Below are positions 17,538 to 26,200 of a DNA stretch of 64,000 bases, in pieces. Position numbers and translations under genes: made by a program. The notes beneath the pieces were generated by a model. That model saw only the letters and a program-made list of their open reading frames with translations. It had not been told where the DNA came from and made no database searches. This stretch comes from a virus: the IMG/VR virus record IMGVR_UViG_3300050821_004652, positions 5,085 through 69,084 of that record. One strand, 5' to 3'. How positions within the stretch are numbered: the stretch's first letter is position 1; the number at the start of each line of letters is the position of its first letter.

Positions 17538-17806
17538 GGCAAGCGCCGATCGGCAGCCTGCAACAAATGGTAATCGACGTCATGGCGCTGACAGGCGATG
17601 CCTCTGACAATGTGCCAGGCGCCCCCGGCATTGGCAAAAAGACCGCAGCCAAATTGATCCAGAGATGGGGTTCGCTCGATGCCCTGATAATCTCCGCGCG
17701 CACCGGCTATACCGACCAGGTGCTGACGCCACGGTTGGCGAAAATCATCAGCGACAATCTTGAAATGATTTTGCTGTCGCGCGAACTGGTGAGGCTTGAT
17801 CGATGA
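17534..17806 (+). CDS. Stand-alone H3TH (5'-3' exonuclease DNA-binding) domain protein
   Basis: ALTGDASDNVPGAPGIGKKTAAKLIQRWGSLD. Confidence 0.8.
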   Translation: MRQAPIGSLQQMVIDVMALTGDASDNVPGAPGIGKKTAAKLIQRWGSLDALIISARTGYTDQVLTPRLAKIISDNLEMILLSRELVRLDR

Positions 17807-17997
17807 CGACTATTACCCAAACACAATGCGACCGTTGCGGCCTACGCTCGCGCGGCAACGCCTCCCTAGAAGCAGCAGTGTGGTCACGTTTCCAGATCAT
17901 GCAAAATAATGTCCGAGCGAGTCACCGCACCGGAGATCTTTGCCCCCAATGCGCCGATGACTTACTGAAATTCCTCGATCCGCGGACGCCCCGATGA
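17803..17997 (+). CDS. Zn-finger hypothetical protein
   Basis: CDRCG...DLCPQC. Confidence 0.65.
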   Translation: MTTITQTQCDRCGLRSRGNASLEAAVWSRFQIMQNNVRASHRTGDLCPQCADDLLKFLDPRTPR

Positions 17998-18215
17998 CCG
18001 ACCGCCGCGAGGAGATCGCCCGACTGATAGCGTACTGGCATGGCGCCAAGATTACCGTCGTGAGGCAGGGTCGCGCACTGACGGTCGCAGCCCAGCGCGG
18101 CTATGATAGCGGTTGGCATTGGGAGATCGACCGCTATGTCGACGCTCACTGGAAAGAATATCTGCCGGCGGCCGAAGCAGTGATCTCGTTTATGGAGCCG
18201 GACTACGTAGGATGA
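17994..18215 (+). CDS. Hypothetical protein
   Basis: ATGA overlaps. Confidence 0.6.
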   Translation: MTDRREEIARLIAYWHGAKITVVRQGRALTVAAQRGYDSGWHWEIDRYVDAHWKEYLPAAEAVISFMEPDYVG

Positions 18216-18556
18216 TTCCCAAGACCAGCAGCCGATCGCGCGTCAAGAAAGGCCCATGGCGATCCGAGAAGTACAAGCGCTGGGTCAAGGAGAACCACGG
18301 CTGCCTGATTTGTGGCAACGAGGCGCACGACGCGCATCACATTCGAGAAATGCTTCCCAGGACCATGGGAGTCCAGAAGGGCGATATGTGGGTCGTGCCG
18401 CTTTGCGCAACGCACCACGACTTGCTTCACCGAGGCGCGATGAAATTCTGGCGAGGGTCCGCGTTTAATCCAATCGCATGGTGTGTTGCGACCTATGCGA
18501 GATGGCAGAAGGAAACCGGCCATCAGCCGCCGGCGCGTCCTTTCAGGAAGCAGTAG
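18212..18556 (+). CDS. DUF968/HNH-like nuclease
   Basis: CLICG...DAHH...PLCATHHDLLH. Confidence 0.7.
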   Translation: MIPKTSSRSRVKKGPWRSEKYKRWVKENHGCLICGNEAHDAHHIREMLPRTMGVQKGDMWVVPLCATHHDLLHRGAMKFWRGSAFNPIAWCVATYARWQKETGHQPPARPFRKQ

Positions 18557-18960
18557 ACGTAACCGTTCTGCTCACAGATGTGCGAGTGCAGCGGCGCCTT
18601 GTTGTCCTGGTCGGGCAGGATCTTTTCGTCGGGGATACGATACCAATCCCAGCGCAGCGGATAGGTGACCGCATTACCAGGGAACGGCGAGCCCTTGTAG
18701 TAGGCCCACCAATGACCGTCCTCACGGAGCTCCGCGCGCACCGGCCGGCAGTCGCCCTCGCGCGCCGTTCCACTGCAACATGAGCGGTTGCCAGGCCCAT
18801 AGGGCAGTTGCAGTTTCATGTACCAGTCGTGATTTTCCTGGTGCCCGCAATCACGCGCGCCCTCGACGCAATCCTCGCTGTAGACCGGCAGGCAATCGTA
18901 AACGGCGAACGCCATAAAAATCATCGCCAGAGCAAGGAAGGCTAAACGATTCGTCCTCAT
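18523..18960 (-). CDS. Exported Cys-rich protein
   Basis: Hydrophobic N-terminus; WY..L...SCC....DCRPV...HIC...YCF. Confidence 0.7.
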   Translation of the reverse strand: MRTNRLAFLALAMIFMAFAVYDCLPVYSEDCVEGARDCGHQENHDWYMKLQLPYGPGNRSCCSGTAREGDCRPVRAELREDGHWWAYYKGSPFPGNAVTYPLRWDWYRIPDEKILPDQDNKAPLHSHICEQNGYVYCFLKGRAGG

Positions 18961-20738
18961 TGAAATGTGCCGTTCGGATCCTGTCCGGCGCCTTGCCAAA
19001 AACTCTTATTGCCCGTCGTTTGGTTCCACCAGAAAGGCGACGTGTTGGTGCCCAGCGTATAGTGGTTCCGATCGAATTTGTTGTTGCGAGTATAAAGCGC
19101 GGTATCGCCATCATCCTCGACGGCGCCAATGCCGCCGCCGGCAGACACATCGATCGTGTTGTCATGCACCCAAAGGTTTTGCACGAGCCACGTACCGCAG
19201 CACGGCTCCTGGCCGGTGCTGCCCTGCCTGTTCTGTTGGACGAGACCAATAGCGTTGCCAGGCGACTTCGCGACGATCGTGTTGTTATAGATCTCTACCT
19301 GGCCCTGTGGCGTCGTGCTCGTAATGCCGCCAGAGGCATTGATTTGAATGGCGCTGCACCACAACCAATTGCACGTCGGCCCTTCAGCCGAAGAGGATCC
19401 GTTGTTCGAAAAGGTATTGTCGTGGATCGAGGCGTTGTAGCCAATCTCATGCTGGAGCCCGGTCCAATTGTTCTCGGACCGATTGAACGAATAGGTGATG
19501 TTGTTGTTATCGTAGTCGTCCCAAAAGCCTGGCCCATGATTGTCGTGGGTGTAGTTATAGGAGACGACAGCGCCAGTGGTTGACCATAGCTTGCCGCCGC
19601 CGCATTGATTGTTGCAGTCGTATTTGTTGGTGTAATTGTTGAAGGCAATCTCGTTGTCGAGGATCTGGATGCCCGAACCAGGGTTGGAGCCGTAGCAGAG
19701 CTCGAGATTGTGATGGCAGTAGTTGTACTGGACGAGACCGCCACCGGCGACGGCGACCCCATCGCCATCGTTCATGCGGACTTCGTTGTTGAGGATCTTC
19801 CAGCCGGTCGCGTTCTGTCCGTCGATCGCCACCACCTGGCTCCCGCCCACGTAATTCTGCACGATTAAATTCTGAACGGTGACATTCGGATTCGACGACG
19901 TGCTGGCAAAGGCATGGGTGGTCGTGCCGCCGCCATCGAGAATCGTGCCTACCACGCCGATGAAAGTGTCGCCCGACTTCGGTGTGACGCTCTGACCGGA
20001 GAATGTTCCGGCCCCCAGGCAGAACGTAGTGCCTGTGCCCGCGGCATTGACCGCAGCCTGGATATTCGCGCCGGCCGCAATCTGTGTTCCGATGCAGGAA
20101 ATGTTACCCTGCTGCCCAACCGGCGCCCGCGGTCCCACCGTCGCAGGAGGCGGCGTAGGCGCCGACGTCGACACGAAATAGCCCTGCCAAACGAACCATT
20201 GCCCGTTGTTGTTCAGGACATAGAGTTGACCGCCATTGGCCACTTCCATCGTGACGCCCGCGGCGCCTGGCGCCGCCTGATTACTGTTGAGCAGGATGAC
20301 CGATCCCCCCGGCACGCCCGAAGCACCGAAACTCCAGGTGCCCGCGATCGTGGTGAGCGTCGACGACGTTGGCGCATTGATAATGCTGCCGTCGGGAGAG
20401 ATGGTCGGAGGCGGCGTGTTCGGCGCGGATGTTTGCGTAAAGCCGCCGCTCTGCCAGATGAACCATTGTCCGGAACTGTTAAGCACATAGAGATGGCCGC
20501 CATTCGCCACTTCCATTTCAGTGCCCGCCGCTTGTGGCGCAGCCTGGACATTGTTGAGCAGGATCACGCTTCCACCGGGAACACCCGGCGCCCCAAATGA
20601 CCAGGTGCCGTCGGTTGTCACCACCGTAGGCGACGGCTGCGGCGCAGGCGGGGTGATGGTCGTGCCGTCAGGCGACACTTGAGCGAATGCCGGAAACGCA
20701 AACAGCAGCAGAGCCGCCAGGATCGACTTGAAACGCAT
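18957..20738 (-). CDS. Exported right-handed beta-helix protein with a duplicated N-terminal module
   Basis: Signal peptide MRFKSILAALLLFAFPAFA; two ~85-aa repeats; NN/HDN beta-helix repeats. Confidence 0.75.
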   Translation of the reverse strand: MRFKSILAALLLFAFPAFAQVSPDGTTITPPAPQPSPTVVTTDGTWSFGAPGVPGGSVILLNNVQAAPQAAGTEMEVANGGHLYVLNSSGQWFIWQSGGFTQTSAPNTPPPTISPDGSIINAPTSSTLTTIAGTWSFGASGVPGGSVILLNSNQAAPGAAGVTMEVANGGQLYVLNNNGQWFVWQGYFVSTSAPTPPPATVGPRAPVGQQGNISCIGTQIAAGANIQAAVNAAGTGTTFCLGAGTFSGQSVTPKSGDTFIGVVGTILDGGGTTTHAFASTSSNPNVTVQNLIVQNYVGGSQVVAIDGQNATGWKILNNEVRMNDGDGVAVAGGGLVQYNYCHHNLELCYGSNPGSGIQILDNEIAFNNYTNKYDCNNQCGGGKLWSTTGAVVSYNYTHDNHGPGFWDDYDNNNITYSFNRSENNWTGLQHEIGYNASIHDNTFSNNGSSSAEGPTCNWLWCSAIQINASGGITSTTPQGQVEIYNNTIVAKSPGNAIGLVQQNRQGSTGQEPCCGTWLVQNLWVHDNTIDVSAGGGIGAVEDDGDTALYTRNNKFDRNHYTLGTNTSPFWWNQTTGNKSFWQGAGQDPNGTFQ

Positions 20739-20740
20739 GG

Positions 20741-20953
20741 CTATCTCCCAGGCTTCCAACCGCACTTCGCGGCGCCGTAGTCGTTGTGGACCAGGATATC
20801 CCTGGCCGTGATTTCCGTCAGGACGTCGCGCTTGCTGACCAGGATCGGTCGCTGGGTAGCGCAGAACGAGTCAGTCGCTATCGGGGCGTTCCCATCGCTT
20901 GTGCAACTCGCCAGCAGGATCAGGCTCGCTATCGACACGGGTCTCCACAGCAT
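20741..20953 (-). CDS. Outer-membrane spanin (Rz1-like lipoprotein)
   Basis: Lipobox LLASC; DSFC...PI...DVLT..TARDILVHN...CGW; overlaps the i-spanin gene. Confidence 0.75.
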   Translation of the reverse strand: MLWRPVSIASLILLASCTSDGNAPIATDSFCATQRPILVSKRDVLTEITARDILVHNDYGAAKCGWKPGR

Positions 20954-21095
20954 TGTGAGTCTCCACGTCCTTGATAACCCCTCCCTGCTCCTTCGTTTGC
21001 TCAGTCTTCTCGCCGAGCTCTTCGGCAGTGCTCCCCCGTAGTTTGAGCCACAGCCCAACTACGAGGGAGATCAGTCCCGTCAAAAATCCCCACAT
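20871..21095 (-). CDS. Inner-membrane spanin (Rz-like)
   Basis: N-terminal TM followed by a helical periplasmic part. Confidence 0.65.
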   Translation of the reverse strand: MWGFLTGLISLVVGLWLKLRGSTAEELGEKTEQTKEQGGVIKDVETHNAVETRVDSEPDPAGELHKRWERPDSD

Positions 21096-21425
21096 CTATT
21101 TGACGAACTTGCCCGTGACGGCCACGCCGGCAACCATCGGCGCCGGAGCCGCCGCGCCGGCCTTGGCAGTTGCCGCCGGCTGCACCGCCGCACAGATCGC
21201 ATTGGCCACCGCTTCCGGCAATGCCAGGAGCGGATTATTGGCCGCCACGATCGCCGCCACGGACTCCACCGAAGGCAGATAACCACACAGGCCGACGGCG
21301 GCCTGCTGAATCTGGGTCTCGAAATTCAGCGTAGTTGGGTTGGTGGTCCACGCCTGGATCTGTGAGCATCCGGCCACGCCGGCAAGCGCCCACACTCCAA
21401 TCAGGATCTTCGCATTTAGACGCAT
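21096..21425 (-). CDS. Lipoprotein
   Basis: Lipobox VAGC. Confidence 0.7.
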   Translation of the reverse strand: MRLNAKILIGVWALAGVAGCSQIQAWTTNPTTLNFETQIQQAAVGLCGYLPSVESVAAIVAANNPLLALPEAVANAICAAVQPAATAKAGAAAPAPMVAGVAVTGKFVK

Positions 21426-21434
21426 CTCTCTCTC

Positions 21435-22271
21435 CTAATGTTGGAAATGACCAGTGATCGGCACGCCCGCAACCTCCGGCACGTTCGCCTGGTAGGTGCC
21501 CCAAGCGTCATTGCCGGTCGTATCCCCAAGAACCCAAGACATCGGCATCCAGAAATACCCTTCTAGACCCCATGTCGCACCCCAAGAGTTGCGCACCAGC
21601 ACCCATGTCGGCTCGAGCCCGGCGGGATTTGCCTGGGAAGTCAGGAATTCCGGACTGGCGAGGAAATTGAGATCGTAGCCGCAACCCACGACACAGTGGC
21701 CGGCAATGATCGTCGGATTGCTCGCCGGCAGCAGGATGCCGGTGCCTGCAACAAAATCATCGTCCAGGGCCTGCGGCACTTCGAATGAGAAGACGCACGA
21801 GCCTTCATTGGCGATGTAGTCGACGAGATCTTCCTGGACCGACAGTTGCACGTAGGTCTGGATAGACCTGATCGTCTGATCGGGCGCCGGCGGCGCCAGG
21901 GCGAATTTGTCGACGTCGTAAGGCCACTCCGCCTCGCTGATGATGCCGGCCTGCATGACCTTCATCATGTCGCGAGTGTAGACGCCAGAGTCGGTCGACG
22001 TCGTGCCCTCAATCCAGCGCCCGTTGTAATAGGCCGCCAGGCGCGACGCCATGAACCCTGGAAAGACTTCCGCCAGCTTGCCGGCCGCGGCGTTGCCGGT
22101 GCAGCTACCAATGTTCAGTTGGTTGAACGCCTGTGGAAAGTTGGCGCGACGATCCACTCGGCTGGGCGGCGGCGCCGCCACCAACGGCATGATCCGGGGA
22201 ACATAGCGAAAATCGCGGCCATCAGGCGGCGACCGCTTTCCTCCAAGGTGCCTGCCGTTGGGAGTGATCAT
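21435..22271 (-). CDS. Papain-family (C1A) cysteine protease
   Basis: NQLNIGSCTGNA, AGHCV..CGY, VRNSWGATWGLEGYFW. Confidence 0.9.
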   Translation of the reverse strand: MITPNGRHLGGKRSPPDGRDFRYVPRIMPLVAAPPPSRVDRRANFPQAFNQLNIGSCTGNAAAGKLAEVFPGFMASRLAAYYNGRWIEGTTSTDSGVYTRDMMKVMQAGIISEAEWPYDVDKFALAPPAPDQTIRSIQTYVQLSVQEDLVDYIANEGSCVFSFEVPQALDDDFVAGTGILLPASNPTIIAGHCVVGCGYDLNFLASPEFLTSQANPAGLEPTWVLVRNSWGATWGLEGYFWMPMSWVLGDTTGNDAWGTYQANVPEVAGVPITGHFQH

Positions 22272-22693
22272 ACCTTGGTGCCCTTCTTGGCATCCGCCTC
22301 ATTCTGGGTTTCTGTCACCACGTTAGGATGGTTGACGTTATCGAGCGCCATGGCGGCGAGCTTGCCATTGACGCCATCTTTCACCACCACGGTAGCGACG
22401 TCCGGAACCTTCTCCGCCACCGACACCTTGTCAGCGTCAGAGAGCTTGTTGAGCGCTTCTTTCTGTTCGTCCGGAGACATATGCGCGACGCCCGCCACCT
22501 TGGCCGAGTTGCGCTGCAACCAGGCGAACACGAGAGTAACGATCGTAGGCGTGAGAATGGTGGCAAGCATCAAGTCAGCCTGGACGTCCGCGCTGGCCAT
22601 GTGCCCCGAAGTGACGAGCCAGTTGGCCAATGGTCCTGATGCGCCGAACAGGCCCAACAAGATTGCGATAACCTGTTCTTTGTTCAGCCCCAC
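22268..22693 (-). CDS. Holin-like membrane protein
   Basis: Two hydrophobic segments; follows the endolysin; AGGAGG RBS, GTG start. Confidence 0.6.
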   Translation of the reverse strand: MGLNKEQVIAILLGLFGASGPLANWLVTSGHMASADVQADLMLATILTPTIVTLVFAWLQRNSAKVAGVAHMSPDEQKEALNKLSDADKVSVAEKVPDVATVVVKDGVNGKLAAMALDNVNHPNVVTETQNEADAKKGTKV

Positions 22694-22695
22694 GA

Positions 22696-23166
22696 TCAAC
22701 CTCCTAGAAGTTTTTGCAACGTAGCCCAGTTCGCCAGGTACTCTTCGACCGTCGCCGCTCCCGCGGGCGTATTGTAATAGAGCTTGTAATACTGGGCTTG
22801 GTCCTCCGGCGTCGTGGGGATCGCGCCAGGGCAGCGCCAGTAGTAGAACCGCGCCATCGCACATTCATAGTAGAGATTGCCGATCAGTTGGTTCACCGGA
22901 TCCAGGCCGGGCGCGATGAGCCCCTGCACATAGGTCCAGAATTGGCTCCTCTGCACATCGGCATAGAGCCCCTGTGCCGTTACCGGCTCGATCTCGAAAA
23001 GACCCAGCGCCGGACCGGCGCCGTATTGGTGCAGGGCGATCAGGCCACTTTCCTGCATGGCTGTCCCCATAAGCAGATCAATCGCTTGGGGAGTGTCGGG
23101 GGTCATGGCCATCACGATCGGCGCGACAACCAGGGAACGAAACTGGGATGCGTTAATGCCGCTCAT
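22696..23166 (-). CDS. Endolysin (lysozyme-like fold)
   Basis: LLMGTAMQES...GPALGLFEIEP.T...YYKLYYNT..G. Confidence 0.75.
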   Translation of the reverse strand: MSGINASQFRSLVVAPIVMAMTPDTPQAIDLLMGTAMQESGLIALHQYGAGPALGLFEIEPVTAQGLYADVQRSQFWTYVQGLIAPGLDPVNQLIGNLYYECAMARFYYWRCPGAIPTTPEDQAQYYKLYYNTPAGAATVEEYLANWATLQKLLGG

Positions 23167-23206
23167 GGGGAAAGTATATCACGGCCTGGTTGCTTTTGCG
23201 CCAGCC

Positions 23207-26200
23207 CTAAAAATCAGGCGGCTCCGCCTCGATATGCTTGAATTTATCGTGCTTCAGGGCCTGGGCCTTCTGGATAATTGTCGGATCCTTGGCGATGATC
23301 GCCCCGCGCGCCGCCTCGCGCGACTGCTTCACCGTTTCGCGGATCACCAGAGAGCGGGACTCCGGCGGGAACGTCCGCCACTGTGGCGACCGCACCATCA
23401 TATCCAGGCGTGACTTAGCCATCCGGCCGGCGATGCGGGCAAAGTCATCATGCTGCTGCGGGGTGAGCTCGACGCCGCGGATGGTGCGGGCCACCGGGCC
23501 AGGATGAAGGCCAAGTTTCACCATCTCCTGGTTTACCGGGTCCGTCCCGACATGCTGCATGTAAATCGCAGAGATACCGGCGCCGGCGAGCGCCGCGCGC
23601 GTCGGCATTTCATTGCCCCAGATATCGCGACGCGGCAGCAGATTTTCCGATTCCCACGGGATCTTGGCGCGCATCGCGTCGACCACCGTGCGCGCCTCGC
23701 GGGAATAAGGGTCGATCGCCCGAGCCTCCTGGCCCTCGCCCACCGAAAACGGGATGAACGAAGAAGCGAAATTCCGAATCCACGCCTCGCCATAGCGATC
23801 CGAATCCTCGACCGCCCGGATCAGGTCCGCCGGGCCGCGCATGAAACTCTCGTCCAAAATGTTCTGGGTGATCGCATGGCCGAAGTGCGCAGCCGCCTTC
23901 TGGAATTCGCCCTCATTCGCCAGGTGCGCCGCTTCGTACATATCGGCGCCGATGCCCATCAGCATCCCCATGGGCCCAAGACGGTGCGTGTCGTACCAGA
24001 AATCGCCAACCCGAACGCTGTGCGCCTGGTTGCCGGCGAGGCGCCACATCGCGGACTCGCGCGGATCGCTAGGCCCCGAACCGCTTGCCAGGCCTTCGGC
24101 GGCCAGGGCGCCGATCGTCACCGCGAAAGCCGTCCCCATCAGCATGCGAGCCTGCGCGCGGTCCTGGGCGATATTGCCGTTCTTACCCATGAGATCGGCC
24201 CGGAGCTCTGACGAGAAGAGACCCACCGGCGTGCGCTTGATGATCGACTGGTCGATCACGTTGCTGCTGATATGAACGAACGGGTCGACGAACTTCAGCA
24301 ACTGCGTCGGCCCCAGCAGCGGCAGATTGAATTCGTGATTAGTGAGCCGCGACAGCTTCTGCGTCCACTCGCTGCCCTGGCCCATCAGGGTCAATTCGGT
24401 CGCATTCTCCCGCGCCCTGGCCATCATGTCCGGCGGCGGATTTTGCCGAAGATCGGCCACGCGCGCATCAAAAGCCGCTCCCGTCAAACCCTCATTCGAC
24501 GCCTTGCGATAAGCCTGTGCTGCCAGGTCCATCGAATAGTTGGAGGCACGGAAGAACGAGTGAATCGCCGCCACGCCGCGCCCAGGCAGCCGGATCGTCG
24601 TGCCCGTCGGCAACATGACATCACCCACCCGCAGGTTAGGGATGGCGCCGGTCGACGAGTATTCCGTGCCGAAAAGCCCGACCTCGCCGGCAGCCCGCGC
24701 CTTCTGGAGCGCATCGCTGGCAATGAACGCATCCCGCATGCCGCGCACCACGCCGAACAGCGATCCCATGACGTCAGAAGCCTTCGCCGCTTCGTTCAGC
24801 ATCGCCGGCACCGCAAGCGTCGCGCCCGGCTGAAACGGCATCGCCATGTTGCGGGTCTCGCCTGGCAGCATGGTGGTGACGCCAGTGTTGAGAGAGTCGA
24901 GCGTGGCCTGGAGCGCGGAAGGACCGCTGCGAAGTGCCGCCCGCAGTTGGGCGCCGACCTCACCGATCCGAACCGTTTCACCCTCTCGACCAAACGCCTT
25001 CCGGATAGCGCCGATACCCGCGGCGGCTGCGGTCTCCGGACCGGCCTTCTGGATAGCCAGGATCAGGTTGCCGACTGAATAGGTCGTGTGCGTTGCAGGC
25101 CCCGAGATCAGACCGTTGATCCAGTATTCCAGGACCATGCGGCCAAACCCGCGCTTGCTGGTGTCGCGAATGAATTTAGACGTCTGCTCCGGCGTCATGT
25201 ATTGCGAACCCAATCGCGCCTCTTCCCGCATCTGAAACAGGGTGCGGCCGGTCGCCTGCTTCATAAACTCATTGAGATCGGCGCCGCCCTCTTCAGTCAT
25301 ATTCCGGAAAGCACGAAGCGCGCGGCCCGCCTCCGCCGTCGCCCCCGATAGGGTCGCCTGGATCATCTTGTGCCGGTCTCGAGCCTCGGCATAGGCCAGC
25401 ACGGCGTCATCGCCGGCGCCGTCGCGCGCAGCATCTCGCATCTTCGCCGCCACGTCGGTCGCGGATTCGATAGCCAGCCGGCGAAGTGCCACGACCTCCT
25501 CGGCATTGAACGCCTGGCCGCGCACCCACCGATCGACCAGGCCCTGTGCTCCCTCCATGCCGATCGCATCAGCCAGGTCCATCACCTGACCAGGCGTCAC
25601 GACGCCGCGGCGATCACCGATGAAATCGTTATTGGCGCGTGCCGACTGCCGCATCGCCTCGCGCACATCCTCTACGTTGGTGAGGTTTTCGAGTCGGATG
25701 TTCCCGGCTTTGTCGACGAGGGGGGATTCCTCGGATCCGAAGACGGTAGCTGGCCGGGTGGCGAGTGGAGGTTCAGCAGTTCCGCCAGCCCCTGGTCGCT
25801 GTTCGGATCCTGGTACGTTTGTGCCTTCTCTCTTAGTCTCGTCTCCGCCCCGTAGCTTCGCGCTACCATTTTCGCCCACGCCGCCGCCTCCGGGCTCAAC
25901 TGCGGCTGGCTGGCCACCTGCTCCCACTTGGCCTGGTTCTGTTGCGCCAGCGCCAACTTCTCCTCCGGCGTTAGCGGCTGCGGCTTGCTCGACTTGGGCG
26001 ACGGCTGCTTGGATTTCATTTGCCACACGCGGCGGCGGTTCGGCCACCGTCCTCTCAATTTCCGCCGCGGCGCGATCGGCAACCGCCGCCGCCTCGACCG
26101 GCTCAGTGAATTTCGCGTCGCCCGTGAGCACGTCGGCCAGGTTCGGCCCACGCTTGGTCTCCGGTGCGATCACGGTAGGCTTCGGCTCCTCCGCCAGCAT

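Noticed and set aside
20155-20680. Repeat pair as a DGR template/variable repeat
   Set aside because: Both copies are in-frame coding and differ mostly at synonymous positions, not at adenines
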